This document shows, piece after piece, positions 51,653 through 61,450 of a stretch of DNA of 64,000 nucleotides. The notes under the pieces were generated by a model that saw only the letters and a list, made by a program, of their open reading frames with translations, was not told the origin of the DNA and searched no databases. Source of the stretch: Candidatus Dojkabacteria bacterium (lineage in GTDB: Bacteria > Patescibacteriota > Dojkabacteria > JAOAGR01); contig AP026679.1 in NCBI GenBank assembly GCA_025999155.1, forward strand, positions 17,408 through 81,407, in the 5' to 3' direction. Numbering within the stretch: position 1 is the first letter of the stretch; every line of letters begins with the position of its first letter. The translations under genes were made by a program, and so were the position numbers.

Positions 51653-53350
51653 ATGGCGTACGTCAGACAAGTTCCACAAAATATTATGACCGTTGAACTA
51701 AAGATTTTTGACTTCATGACACTCAAGCAATTTGGTATATCGGTTACGCTTATTCTAATTTCATTTCTGATTTACTTCATATTCAGTGCCTTTTCGCCAT
51801 GGAATATTGTTATCCCTGCTTTGATCGTTATCGTTGGAGCTATAGTTATGTTTGTCCCCTTCAACGGAGAGCCATTCCAAGAGTTTATATCCAATTATTT
51901 GGAGGCCATGATTTCTCCTCAAAGGCGAATTTGGCATAAAAAAGGAATTATCCTTAAAACAGCGGCCGATAAGGCCCGGATTTACCAATATGGTACGGAA
52001 GGTGTTGCAAGTAGACCTCTGATTTCCAATATGCAACTAGCTCAAGATCAGCAGCAACAAAGTCCTGAGCAATCGATGCTAGACAAAGCCGAAAGTGAGT
52101 TTTTACAGAACTCTGCTAATGTTAATATCGATCAATCCGTACAAATACAGAATGGCAGTTATACCCCTCCTATGCAAAAAAAACTTGCTTCCAACAGTAA
52201 TGTGGTCCGAGGGGGAGGCAATCATTCTTTGCATGAAAATCAAGCTAATATTTCAAAAAAAACCTTATTTAATTCGGTAAATGTATCCGCTAATAATCAG
52301 AATACAGTTTCCTCACCGTCTACGACACAGGTCGCTTCGAATTTACAGCAAAAGCATCAAAATCAAAGACTAAATGACGAAGCAGCAGTGAAAAATTATA
52401 TTTTTGGTAGTATAGAGGATTACGATAACAAACCTGTATCAAACGCTGTTGTATATATCAAAATGTCGGATGATCAAAATGTTCTTGAGTTTTTATATAC
52501 AAATGATGCGGGTGAGTTCAAAACGAATTATGAATATGAAAAAGGCTCATATGTGATACAAGTTGTATTTGATGACAGTATTTTTAATACTGTCACCATT
52601 GAACATGAACCAATAGATCCGCATCCTGTATTGATTCATCCTGCAGATTATGAGCAATATCAATTTAACAAAGCTAAGGAAGAGAGTTCTCTTTCTAAAG
52701 AGGTTCACATGTTAGCCGAAAACGGAGTATTTGCAGGTAATTATGATGCCTCTTTATTTTCTCTTGGCAGCGAATACGAGGAGTCTAATTCTTTCACGAC
52801 ATCGAATCAAAAATCCGTGTCGATAAATCGGGATACTGATATAGATATCGATAGACAAAATAACTTACCGCAAGGACCAGCCGCACGCACTTTTTCATCT
52901 GGAGGATACTACAATGCTGCAAATAATTTGTTTGATGAGTTTAATTCACATCGTGTAGTTAATAATTATAAAGATACAACACCGAATACTCCCCCTTCCA
53001 CTAATACATCCAATCCTCCATTACAGAATCTACACTATTTTGATTTTAATAAAATGCCAAATGTAAATTTAGCTCTTGATCCCTCTGTAAATTTACCTAA
53101 CTCAATTAATGGTATTATAGTAGGACCAAATAAACAAGGATTGGCAGGTATTTTAATACAAGTGTTTGATAAAAATGGTGGATTGGTGACTTCTACAATC
53201 ACTGATGCCAATGGTGTATTTCACTCTTTTTCACCTTTACCAAATGGTGATTATGTTTTATATCTCAGCAAGAATAACCAATTTTTAGTTGCATTTACTT
53301 TAAAAACATTTGGATCCGTAATACCTCCGAAATTAATTCAATTTATATAA
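51653..53350 (+). CDS. PrgI-family protein with two carboxypeptidase-regulatory-like beta-sandwich repeats
   Basis: VPQNI...KIF..MTLKQF plus 2 TM plus P..RIW (PrgI/VirB3-like), then G.I.D....V...TN..GEF repeats. Confidence 0.75.
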   Translation: MAYVRQVPQNIMTVELKIFDFMTLKQFGISVTLILISFLIYFIFSAFSPWNIVIPALIVIVGAIVMFVPFNGEPFQEFISNYLEAMISPQRRIWHKKGIILKTAADKARIYQYGTEGVASRPLISNMQLAQDQQQQSPEQSMLDKAESEFLQNSANVNIDQSVQIQNGSYTPPMQKKLASNSNVVRGGGNHSLHENQANISKKTLFNSVNVSANNQNTVSSPSTTQVASNLQQKHQNQRLNDEAAVKNYIFGSIEDYDNKPVSNAVVYIKMSDDQNVLEFLYTNDAGEFKTNYEYEKGSYVIQVVFDDSIFNTVTIEHEPIDPHPVLIHPADYEQYQFNKAKEESSLSKEVHMLAENGVFAGNYDASLFSLGSEYEESNSFTTSNQKSVSINRDTDIDIDRQNNLPQGPAARTFSSGGYYNAANNLFDEFNSHRVVNNYKDTTPNTPPSTNTSNPPLQNLHYFDFNKMPNVNLALDPSVNLPNSINGIIVGPNKQGLAGILIQVFDKNGGLVTSTITDANGVFHSFSPLPNGDYVLYLSKNNQFLVAFTLKTFGSVIPPKLIQFI

Positions 53351-53351
53351 T

Positions 53352-54143
53352 ATGTCAGGTACATCTCAAAGTCTGAATCATACACAATCTCGTTATCCAA
53401 GTGCTCAAAATGTTCAATCACCAGCCACACCTGGTAGTACTGAATCTACAGGAAACGTCGTAGCAGATACTTTTCACATGCTCATAAACTTCTTTACCGC
53501 CGATCCGAACAAGCAGAAAGTTTTAGCCTCCACACAAGATCATTTAGATATCTATGACATTCGTGACGATCTAGTACTACTTAAAAACGGTGACGTAGCG
53601 CTGGTGATCGAAACGACTGCCGTGAATTTTCAATTGCTTTCAGCATATGAACAAGATATAAAAATTAATGCTTTTAAGGATTTGATAAACTCTCTAACGT
53701 ATGAAGTTCAAATAGTCATTCATACTGAACCTATCGATATGCGTCGTTATCTCAACTATTTAGAAGAAAATTATCATGCTTTGACTAATCCGCATCTTAA
53801 AAAACAAATGAGGATATATATTGACTTTGTAAAAGATCTTGTTGTACAAAATAACATACTACAAAAACGTTTTTTTGTCGTAATCCCTCATAGGTCTGGC
53901 ATACTTACAGCAGAACAACTAAACCCATTCCAAAAAGCTATTGACGTGATTCTTGGTAGAAAAAGGTTTACTGAATTAAAGGATGCTGACAAAATTATTG
54001 AAAAGGCTAACATTGCCTTAATACCAAAACGTGATGCGCTGATGAAGCTCTTGGCTGCTATGGGCATTGGTTCCAAACAATTAACCACTCAAGAATTGAT
54101 TAATTTGTTTTATAGTTATTATAATCCGGTAAGTAATTTTTAA
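53352..54143 (+). CDS. TraC/VirB4 N-terminal-like protein (no ATPase domain)
   Basis: STQDHLDI.DIRDDLVLLKNG, VNFQLLS..EQ, NSL...QI, KRFFVVIP, L...ELINLFY..YNP. Confidence 0.75.
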   Translation: MSGTSQSLNHTQSRYPSAQNVQSPATPGSTESTGNVVADTFHMLINFFTADPNKQKVLASTQDHLDIYDIRDDLVLLKNGDVALVIETTAVNFQLLSAYEQDIKINAFKDLINSLTYEVQIVIHTEPIDMRRYLNYLEENYHALTNPHLKKQMRIYIDFVKDLVVQNNILQKRFFVVIPHRSGILTAEQLNPFQKAIDVILGRKRFTELKDADKIIEKANIALIPKRDALMKLLAAMGIGSKQLTTQELINLFYSYYNPVSNF

Positions 54144-54170
54144 ATTTCAAATCTTATTGTACAACTAAGC

Positions 54171-55670
54171 ATGAAACAACTTTTTTATATAACACTAGAT
54201 CCAGAGAGAGCTTTGGGAGTCGAAGATCTTCTCCCTTCATACCACATTTTGTATTCTGAATTAAATCAGTTAACGATTCCAATAGCTGATAAGGGAATCA
54301 ATATAAAGAATATAGTTCCCAGTGCTGAAAATAAGATTCGCTGTACGGCTGATATTTTAAGACATCCTGCTACTCATACGTATGTGAAGGAAGTTGCACA
54401 TGGGCAACCCAATATACTGGTATTTAAAAATGATGGAAATATCGCAAAGCTTGCTCATACGTATAACTATACGCTTTTAAACCCGCCTTACGAATTAAAT
54501 AGCAAATTTGAAAATAAGATCGAATTTGCTAATTATCTAAAGGCCCGCAATATTTCACAACCGGATTATGTGATTTATGATAAATTTGGGGATGTTGACT
54601 ATCAAACTATCGCCAGTAGGTTTGGAAGAGAGTTTGTTGTGCAGTTTATGTTTGGCTACTCTGGCAATAGTACTTTTTTTATCAGTGATGAAAGTCAGCT
54701 CAAAGCATTACAAGCACAATACCCTCTACGCAAGTGTAAAGTCTCACGAAAAATTAATGGACCTACATATACTGTAAATGCATGTGTAATACGGTTGGGA
54801 GTAGTAGTAGGTGGTATATCAGAACAAATCACAGGAATTCCTGAATTAACCTCATCTGCAGGCGGTACAGTCGGCAATGATTTCAGTCAGAGGCATTTAA
54901 ATGATACACTGAGATCGTATCTTGTAGATCAGACTATGTTATTTGGTGAGTTATTGCGTAAAGAGGGCTATCGAGGCATGTTTGGTCTAGATTTTATTTT
55001 AGACATGCAAACACAGTCTTTTTATTTGATAGAAGCTAATATCCGTCAAGTCGCGTCAGCAACTTATGTAAGTTATTTACAGAGAATACATCAGGTAGTG
55101 CCGATCATGCTATGGCACATTCTTGAACTTTTGGATGTGGATTATTCGACGCACTTAGATTTGTTGGATCAAGAAGCAGAGGAATGGATCAATAATGGTA
55201 TTTCGGTTTTTCGTCTGAGTAATGATAGATTTGGATGGAATCTCCATAATAATCAACCCATGCAAGCCTCACAAATATTATTTCGTAACATAAAGGATTA
55301 TACCGTTCAGGTAATCGAACAATTTCCTACAGGCATCTATCGAATGCGAGGAAGACATCCGGAGGATGCTTCTTTATTAGAAAATGATGACCAATATATG
55401 GCAGTGTATAGATTGAGGGAAGATGGATGGTCTACGCTCTGCTTACTAGCGCGAGGTTACAATATTATACAGGCACGTAATTTGAACGGGTTTTTAGTTC
55501 TAACTAAACCCGAAAAAGCTATTGTAGAGCCCTTAGGTGAAATAGGTAGAATACAAGTGCTAGAGCCAGCATTTGGCTCGGTGACAGATAAATACCCATC
55601 TGGTTGGATCATGGATGTTATTCGGTGCATTTATGAAAATATGCGATTTATGAAATTTATGGAAGCATGA
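54171..55670 (+). CDS. ATP-grasp domain protein (peptide-ligase-like)
   Basis: FENKIEF, GYSGNSTF, TVNAC, GND, GYRGMFGLDF, IEANIR. Confidence 0.75.
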   Translation: MKQLFYITLDPERALGVEDLLPSYHILYSELNQLTIPIADKGINIKNIVPSAENKIRCTADILRHPATHTYVKEVAHGQPNILVFKNDGNIAKLAHTYNYTLLNPPYELNSKFENKIEFANYLKARNISQPDYVIYDKFGDVDYQTIASRFGREFVVQFMFGYSGNSTFFISDESQLKALQAQYPLRKCKVSRKINGPTYTVNACVIRLGVVVGGISEQITGIPELTSSAGGTVGNDFSQRHLNDTLRSYLVDQTMLFGELLRKEGYRGMFGLDFILDMQTQSFYLIEANIRQVASATYVSYLQRIHQVVPIMLWHILELLDVDYSTHLDLLDQEAEEWINNGISVFRLSNDRFGWNLHNNQPMQASQILFRNIKDYTVQVIEQFPTGIYRMRGRHPEDASLLENDDQYMAVYRLREDGWSTLCLLARGYNIIQARNLNGFLVLTKPEKAIVEPLGEIGRIQVLEPAFGSVTDKYPSGWIMDVIRCIYENMRFMKFMEA

Positions 55671-55703
55671 ACAGTAGCGTGGATTGTGATATTCTCATAA
55701 TAT

Positions 55704-56498
55704 ATGATAGTTGTTTTTGCAAATCAAAAAGGGGGAGTAGGAAAAACTACTACAACCGCAAGTATAGCATCAATACTTGCAAAACAAGGTAAGAAAGTCC
55801 TAGCTATAGATATTGATCCCCAAAGTAATCTGACTTCCGGTTTTGGCTTTGATAAGTCTCGTGATTATTTGAGTATATATGAGGTTCTCGTACACAATAT
55901 AGATGTAGCGGAAGTATTCGTTGTATCCGATATTAATGAAAATCTACATCTTATTCCTTCTAAAATTGATTTAGCTGGTGCGGAAATAGAACTCGTATCT
56001 AGATTTTCACGTGAAAAAATTCTGAAAGAAAAATTAGAAAGTGTAAAAAATGTTTACGATTATATCCTCATAGATAGTCCACCATCACTAGGGCTGCTAA
56101 CATTAAATGCATTGGTTGCTTCTGACGGGGTAGTAATACCGGTACAATGTGAATATTACGCATTAGAAGGAATTTCGCAACTTGTTAAAACTGTAGATTT
56201 GGTCAAAAAATCAATTAATAATGATTTAGAGATATTTGGTGTAGTTATGACCATGTTTGATGCACGAACTAGATTATCATCGGAAGTTGTTATAGAAGTA
56301 AAAAATTTTTTTGGCACTAAAGTATTTGATACAATTATTCCTAGAAATGTCAGGATTTCAGAATCCCCATCATATGGAAAACCCATCGACTTATATGATC
56401 CTGCTTCCATTGGTGCCAAAGCTTATGAGAAACTTACTCAGGAATTCATCGAACGAATGAGCAAATATGGACGAATGAGCAACTATGGAGAGAAATAA
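55704..56498 (+). CDS. parA: Chromosome partitioning ATPase ParA/Soj
   Basis: NQKGGVGKTTT, DIDPQSN, DSPPSLG, PVQCEYYALEG, IPRNVRISESPSYG. Confidence 0.96.
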   Translation: MIVVFANQKGGVGKTTTTASIASILAKQGKKVLAIDIDPQSNLTSGFGFDKSRDYLSIYEVLVHNIDVAEVFVVSDINENLHLIPSKIDLAGAEIELVSRFSREKILKEKLESVKNVYDYILIDSPPSLGLLTLNALVASDGVVIPVQCEYYALEGISQLVKTVDLVKKSINNDLEIFGVVMTMFDARTRLSSEVVIEVKNFFGTKVFDTIIPRNVRISESPSYGKPIDLYDPASIGAKAYEKLTQEFIERMSKYGRMSNYGEK

Positions 56499-57051
56499 AC
56501 AGCCAAAAGTGGTCAATACCTTAGAACTACGTAAAATCAAAAAGGCTCAAGACGCAAAGATTATAAAAACTCTAATTGGCTTAGGTGTTGCCTTGCTTTT
56601 ATTGTTTTTATTGGTGTTAGTGGCTGTTATTTGGCGGAATGACTTTAGACAAATACCTTATCTGGATCAGATCGGAACTCAGAAGTCTACAGATAAAATA
56701 GTCGATTCCGAAGATATACCTTCAACACCCACAAATGTGCCTACAGAAGCCTCCATCAATGTAACTCTGAGGCCTTTAGAAGAACAAATACTTGATAGAA
56801 ATTTTAATGATCTAGTTTTCTATCCTGAGGGATTTATATACAACATTAAAATTCGCAAAGATACCGTTTTGACTCTGATTAATAATACGGGTGCTCCATT
56901 AGGTCTCGAGTTCTCGGACGGTAGAACCGTTAGTCTACATGTCGCCGAACGGAAATCTATGATATTTTCACAATCCGGTACTTATTCTTTTTATGAAATA
57001 GGCACTAATACTGCTCAAGCTATAGAGGGCACCATAATTGTAGTACCCTAG
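56485..57051 (+). CDS. Hypothetical single-TM protein with a beta-rich (cupredoxin-like) C-domain
   Basis: TM, T/P linker, F.QSGTY.F...GTIIV. No Cu-ligand set is seen. Confidence 0.5.
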   Translation: MERNKQPKVVNTLELRKIKKAQDAKIIKTLIGLGVALLLLFLLVLVAVIWRNDFRQIPYLDQIGTQKSTDKIVDSEDIPSTPTNVPTEASINVTLRPLEEQILDRNFNDLVFYPEGFIYNIKIRKDTVLTLINNTGAPLGLEFSDGRTVSLHVAERKSMIFSQSGTYSFYEIGTNTAQAIEGTIIVVP

Positions 57052-57059
57052 TAAATATT

Positions 57060-57998
57060 ATGAGAAGGAATCTTTTTCTACATCATGGAGAATGTGAATA
57101 CTTGGTTTTTAAAGCTTGCAAAGAATTCAAACAAAAGTCAAAAGACAATGGCTATGAAATTCGTGAAATTCTCGGTCATAAAAATTTAGATGCGAATGTA
57201 ATTATAGAAGCTATAAATTCAGCATCATTATTTGGAGAGAATTTTGTTGTGGTTTTACGTGATCTTGGAGAAGGAAATTCGCTTTTTGATTTTGTTGATG
57301 ATTTAGTTGAATTTTTGCAGCAACATGACAATTTTTATCCTTTACATATTTTTCATCAAGGGAAAATATCCAAAAATACAAAAATTTATAAGCTATTTGA
57401 GAAACTTGGGAAAATAGACGAATATTCTATCCCTACGCATCCAGAAATGGTAAAGATGGTGAAAAAAAGTTTGCCAATTGATAACGAAGCAGCTGAACTT
57501 GTAGTAAGAAATGTCAATAGAGATTTATTTGCATTACGTAATGAAGTGAAAAAACTATCTACTTTAAATCGTTATATAACTTTTTCTGATGTAGAAACGT
57601 TCGGTTTTCGTTTCATTGAAACTCAGGAAATTTGGTCTATAGGAAAGGATTTGATTAACTATTTAAGAAATCACAATATACAAAATAAACTTAATTTGCT
57701 CTTTGGGATTGAAGAATTTTTAGTCAGAGATGTAGATCCTATGCTAATTCTGTATAGTATGTATAGTTACATAATCAGGTTTATCAAACTACAAGAGCTT
57801 GTTTTACAAGGAAAAACATTTAAAGAATGTCTTTCTCTGGGATACTATTTTGTTAAGGAGAATTTCGATAATGTCGGCAAAATTTCAAATTCTGAGTTAT
57901 ACAAACTAAATTCTGATTTACTTGATTATGAATTTGCTGTTAAAAACGGTGATTTAGACCCTACTTTGGGTATTAGGCTATTTGTGTTGAAATTATAA
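57060..57998 (+). CDS. holA: DNA polymerase III delta subunit
   Basis: LHHGECEY, SLFGE..VV, LRNEVKKL, D..VKNG; size fits. Confidence 0.75.
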   Translation: MRRNLFLHHGECEYLVFKACKEFKQKSKDNGYEIREILGHKNLDANVIIEAINSASLFGENFVVVLRDLGEGNSLFDFVDDLVEFLQQHDNFYPLHIFHQGKISKNTKIYKLFEKLGKIDEYSIPTHPEMVKMVKKSLPIDNEAAELVVRNVNRDLFALRNEVKKLSTLNRYITFSDVETFGFRFIETQEIWSIGKDLINYLRNHNIQNKLNLLFGIEEFLVRDVDPMLILYSMYSYIIRFIKLQELVLQGKTFKECLSLGYYFVKENFDNVGKISNSELYKLNSDLLDYEFAVKNGDLDPTLGIRLFVLKL

Positions 57999-58076
57999 TA
58001 CTTCCGGTTTTTATACTCGTTTCATTGTTCGTATTCTGATGGCTTTGAAAATTTTTTGTAATATAATCCTACAATT

Positions 58077-59219
58077 ATGCTAATTCTTGGTATTGACACT
58101 TCATGTGATGACACTTCTGCTGCAGTTGTTTATAAAGATAATGTTTTGTCGAATATCATATCATCTCAAGTTCATGTACATAAAGATTGGGGTGGTGTTG
58201 TCCCTAGTTTAGCTAAACGCAAGCATGAAGAATTGATAGATCACATTATTGAATTGGCATTAACGAGATCTCGCAAAAAAATAACGGATGTTGAGGCAAT
58301 AGCAATCACAATTGGTCCTGGGCTTGCTATAGCTTTAGAAGTGGGGATTAAAAAAGCTAAAGAATTGGCATTGCTCTATAACAAACCCATAATACCTATA
58401 AATCACATGGAAGGCCATGTTTATTCAGCTTTAGCAAAAAATTCAAAAGGAAAGCCTGATATAGAGTATCAACTTCCAATGCTTGCCGTCCTCGTTTCAG
58501 GTGGCCATACAGAAATAGTCTTAATGAGAAATCATGGTGAGTACGAGATTTTAGGGCAAACCTTAGATGATGCTATTGGTGAAAGTTTTGACAAGGTTGG
58601 TCGAATTTTAAACATGGGCTATCCTGCAGGCCCTGTGCTTGAGAAAATTGCAGAATCAGGTGATGAAAATACCTACTCTCTACCCATTCCTATGCAACAC
58701 TCAAAAGATTTAAATTTAAGCTACTCGGGATTAAAAACGGCCACTATGCGTATTATAAACGAAGAAATTGGAGCATTAAATTCATTTGGTATGAAATTTG
58801 CTAAATCTCTTAAAGCTTTGTCTTACTTGGATAAGCAAACTCACAATCAGGAATTAGAAAAAAAGAACATCTCGCATATCATTGCAAATATTTCTGCATC
58901 TTTCCAAAAGGCATCGATTGAACAGGTAATACTTAAGGTGTCACAGGCCTTAGATATTCTTAGAGGTCAAGGCATTGATATACAGGATATGATTATTGCT
59001 GGGGGTGTTGCACAAAATAAATATTTGAGAAAAAAGTTTCGTCGTGTGTTTTCTTATCTGCGTATACATTATCCGACTAGTAAAAAATTGTTCACGGATA
59101 ATGCTGCAATGATTGCTGTTGCTGGTTATTTCAACTATTTAAATAATAAAATATTAACAAAATTAGATGAGATAAATAAAATCGATAGACTGCCGAATTG
59201 GAAATTAAATGAGATTTAA
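58077..59219 (+). CDS. tsaD: tRNA t6A transferase TsaD
   Basis: GIDTSCDDT, GGVVP, GPG, NHMEGH, VSGGHT, DDAIGESFDK, TDNAAMIA. Confidence 0.97.
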   Translation: MLILGIDTSCDDTSAAVVYKDNVLSNIISSQVHVHKDWGGVVPSLAKRKHEELIDHIIELALTRSRKKITDVEAIAITIGPGLAIALEVGIKKAKELALLYNKPIIPINHMEGHVYSALAKNSKGKPDIEYQLPMLAVLVSGGHTEIVLMRNHGEYEILGQTLDDAIGESFDKVGRILNMGYPAGPVLEKIAESGDENTYSLPIPMQHSKDLNLSYSGLKTATMRIINEEIGALNSFGMKFAKSLKALSYLDKQTHNQELEKKNISHIIANISASFQKASIEQVILKVSQALDILRGQGIDIQDMIIAGGVAQNKYLRKKFRRVFSYLRIHYPTSKKLFTDNAAMIAVAGYFNYLNNKILTKLDEINKIDRLPNWKLNEI

Positions 59220-59291
59220 TTTACATACTGGAAATAGCCTTGTCGTTTTGATTGATTCTTATATAAAAAGCAGAATAACACTATAAGACTA

Positions 59292-59320
59292 TTGACTTAC
59301 ACAACTCTTTATTTTACTAT
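59292..59320 (+). promoter_or_regulatory. sigma70 promoter of groES-groEL
   Basis: TTGACT, 17 bp spacer, TACTAT. Confidence 0.7.
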
Positions 59321-59324
59321 CACT

Positions 59325-59351
59325 TTGGCAGAGTAAAGTATTATCTGCTAG
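59325..59351 (+). promoter_or_regulatory. CIRCE-like (HrcA) operator upstream of groES
   Basis: TTGGCAGAG-N9-ATCTGCTAG, just after the -10 box. Confidence 0.7.
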
Positions 59352-59378
59352 CAGTTAGTTAAGTAGTTTGAAAAGGCT

Positions 59379-59675
59379 ATGGCAGACAAAATAAAATTCA
59401 AACCAATCGGGGACAGAGTCCTGGTAAAACCAGACGAACCCGAAACAAAAACAAAAAGTGGTATTATTTTAACCGAAAACAGTGTAGAAAAACCAAAAAG
59501 TGGTATAGTTCTTGCTCTCGGGACAGGTATTATGTCCGATGGTAAAGAGTATAAATTTACTGTAAAAGAAGGTGCTCGTGTTTATTGGGGGTATGGAGGT
59601 AATGAAATGGAAATTGATGGTGAAAAATATTTAGTTATATCCGAGGGCCAATTACTAGGCTACGATGAAGAATAA
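59379..59675 (+). CDS. groES: Co-chaperonin GroES
   Basis: KPIGDRVLV, KTKSGIIL, EKP; precedes groEL. Confidence 0.97.
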   Translation: MADKIKFKPIGDRVLVKPDEPETKTKSGIILTENSVEKPKSGIVLALGTGIMSDGKEYKFTVKEGARVYWGYGGNEMEIDGEKYLVISEGQLLGYDEE

Positions 59676-59704
59676 TTTTTATATTATTTGGTTTCAAAAT
59701 AACC

Positions 59705-61348
59705 ATGGCAAAGAAAGTATACGTTGGTGAGAAAGCAAAAAAGGGAATTCGCAAGGGGGTAGACCTTATTGCGAAGGCCGTCAGAGTAACTCTTGGGCCA
59801 AGAGGTCGATATGTTGGTATACATAAGACCTACGGTGCCCAACATATGACAAAAGATGGGGTGACTGTTGCAAAAGAAATTGAGTCAGCCCATCCGTTAG
59901 TTGATTTCGCAATAAAAACAATACGGGAGGCATCTTCAAAAACAGCTGACCAAGCTGGTGATGGTACTACGACCGCAACAGTTTTGGCTCAGGCAATTTA
60001 TAACTATGGACAAAAATATATTACTGCCGGTGCTAATGCTGTTAGTATTCAAAGAGGTTTGCATAAAGTTGCAGAGGCTATCAAAGATTATCTTGCTGAA
60101 AAAGCTATACAGATAACAGATCAAGATATTGAACAATTGACAAGGGTAGCAACTATTTCTGCCAATAACGATAAGGAAATGGGGGAGAAAATCGCAGAAG
60201 TAATTTCAAAAGTTGGTAAAGAAGGAGTGGTAACTGTGGAAGAATATCAAGGTACTGGATTAGTCATAGAATATGTTGAAGGAATGCAAATAGACAGAGG
60301 TTATATTTCTCCTTATTTTGTAACAGATTCAGCTCGCATGGAGGCTGTGATCGACAACCCGTACATCCTTGTAACTGACCAAAAGATTTCTTCTATTAAA
60401 ACCATTCTTCCAATTATTGAAAAAATAATGGAAGCCGGTTCGAAAGATTTAGTTATAGTTGCAGAAGATGTAGATGGAGAGGGTTTGACGAATTTAGTAG
60501 TCAATAAATTAAGGGGTGTAATCAACGTTTGTGCTGTGAAAGCTCCCGGCTTTGGAGATAGAAAGAAAGAATTATTACAAGACATAGCTGTCTTAACTGG
60601 AGCAAACGTAATTTCTGAGGAATTGGGTCGGAAATTAGATGATAGTGTTGGATTAGAAGATTTGGGACGAGTACGAAGATTTGTTGCAAATAAAGATAAT
60701 TCGACATTTGTTGAGGGTAAAGGTCGAAAAGAAGCTATAGAAGACAGGATAAGTCAAATCAAGAGTGCTTTGGAGGTTACCACTTCTGATTATGATCGGG
60801 AAAAATTACAAGAAAGGCTTGCAAAATTGACCGGGGGTGTTGCTGTGGTCAAAGTGGGAGCACCAACTGAAGTTGAGATGAAGGAGATCAAAGACAGGTT
60901 AGATGACGCAATTCAAGCTACTAAAGCAGCACTAGATGGTGGTATAGTACCAGGTGGTGGTGTTGCTTATGCTAATGCTGTCGCAGTTTTAGATAATATT
61001 GAATTAAACGATGACGAACTATTCGCCCGGGATATTATGCGAAAAGCATTGAGAGAGCCAATGCTTCAGATTTTAAGAAATGCTGGATATGAAAGTCCAG
61101 AAAAGATGTTGGCTGATTGTGAAGAAAAGGGTGAAGGGTATGGATGTAATGCACTCACTCGTGAGAATGTGATCAATATGGTTGAAGCTGGTATCATTGA
61201 TCCTGCTAAAGTGGTGCGTGAAGCCGTAGAAAATGCTGTTTCTGTTGCAGGACAGTTGCTCGCTACTGAGGTTGTAATCGTTGATGTTCCGGATAAGGAA
61301 AATAAAGCAAGAGGAGGTAGTGCAGAAGACGACCTTGATATGATGTAA
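59705..61348 (+). CDS. groEL: Chaperonin GroEL
   Basis: TLGPRG, TKDGVTVAKEI, GDGTTTAT, KAPGFGDR, LQERLAKL. Confidence 0.99.
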   Translation: MAKKVYVGEKAKKGIRKGVDLIAKAVRVTLGPRGRYVGIHKTYGAQHMTKDGVTVAKEIESAHPLVDFAIKTIREASSKTADQAGDGTTTATVLAQAIYNYGQKYITAGANAVSIQRGLHKVAEAIKDYLAEKAIQITDQDIEQLTRVATISANNDKEMGEKIAEVISKVGKEGVVTVEEYQGTGLVIEYVEGMQIDRGYISPYFVTDSARMEAVIDNPYILVTDQKISSIKTILPIIEKIMEAGSKDLVIVAEDVDGEGLTNLVVNKLRGVINVCAVKAPGFGDRKKELLQDIAVLTGANVISEELGRKLDDSVGLEDLGRVRRFVANKDNSTFVEGKGRKEAIEDRISQIKSALEVTTSDYDREKLQERLAKLTGGVAVVKVGAPTEVEMKEIKDRLDDAIQATKAALDGGIVPGGGVAYANAVAVLDNIELNDDELFARDIMRKALREPMLQILRNAGYESPEKMLADCEEKGEGYGCNALTRENVINMVEAGIIDPAKVVREAVENAVSVAGQLLATEVVIVDVPDKENKARGGSAEDDLDMM

Positions 61349-61382
61349 TACATGATGATTGGATAAATGTTATAGAAAAACC

Positions 61383-61418
61383 AAAAAAGGCCGATAACTT
61401 AGTTATCGGCCTTTTTTT
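61383..61418 (+). terminator. Intrinsic terminator after groEL
   Basis: AAAAAAGGCCGATAACT-T-AGTTATCGGCCTTTTTT palindrome with a T tract. Confidence 0.88.
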
Positions 61419-61450
61419 ATCAAACAATTGAATCGTGATAAAATTAAACT

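Noticed and set aside
302-61353. Numerous short ORFs in the track that are antisense to or nested in larger genes (e.g. 10774-11079, 38880-39212, 43345-43641, 50803-51258)
   Set aside because: They are shadow frames of well-supported genes and have no recognisable motifs.
61383-61418. 35-bp palindrome as a protein-binding site or mobile-element end
   Set aside because: Its position after groEL and the flanking A/T tracts are fully explained by an intrinsic terminator.
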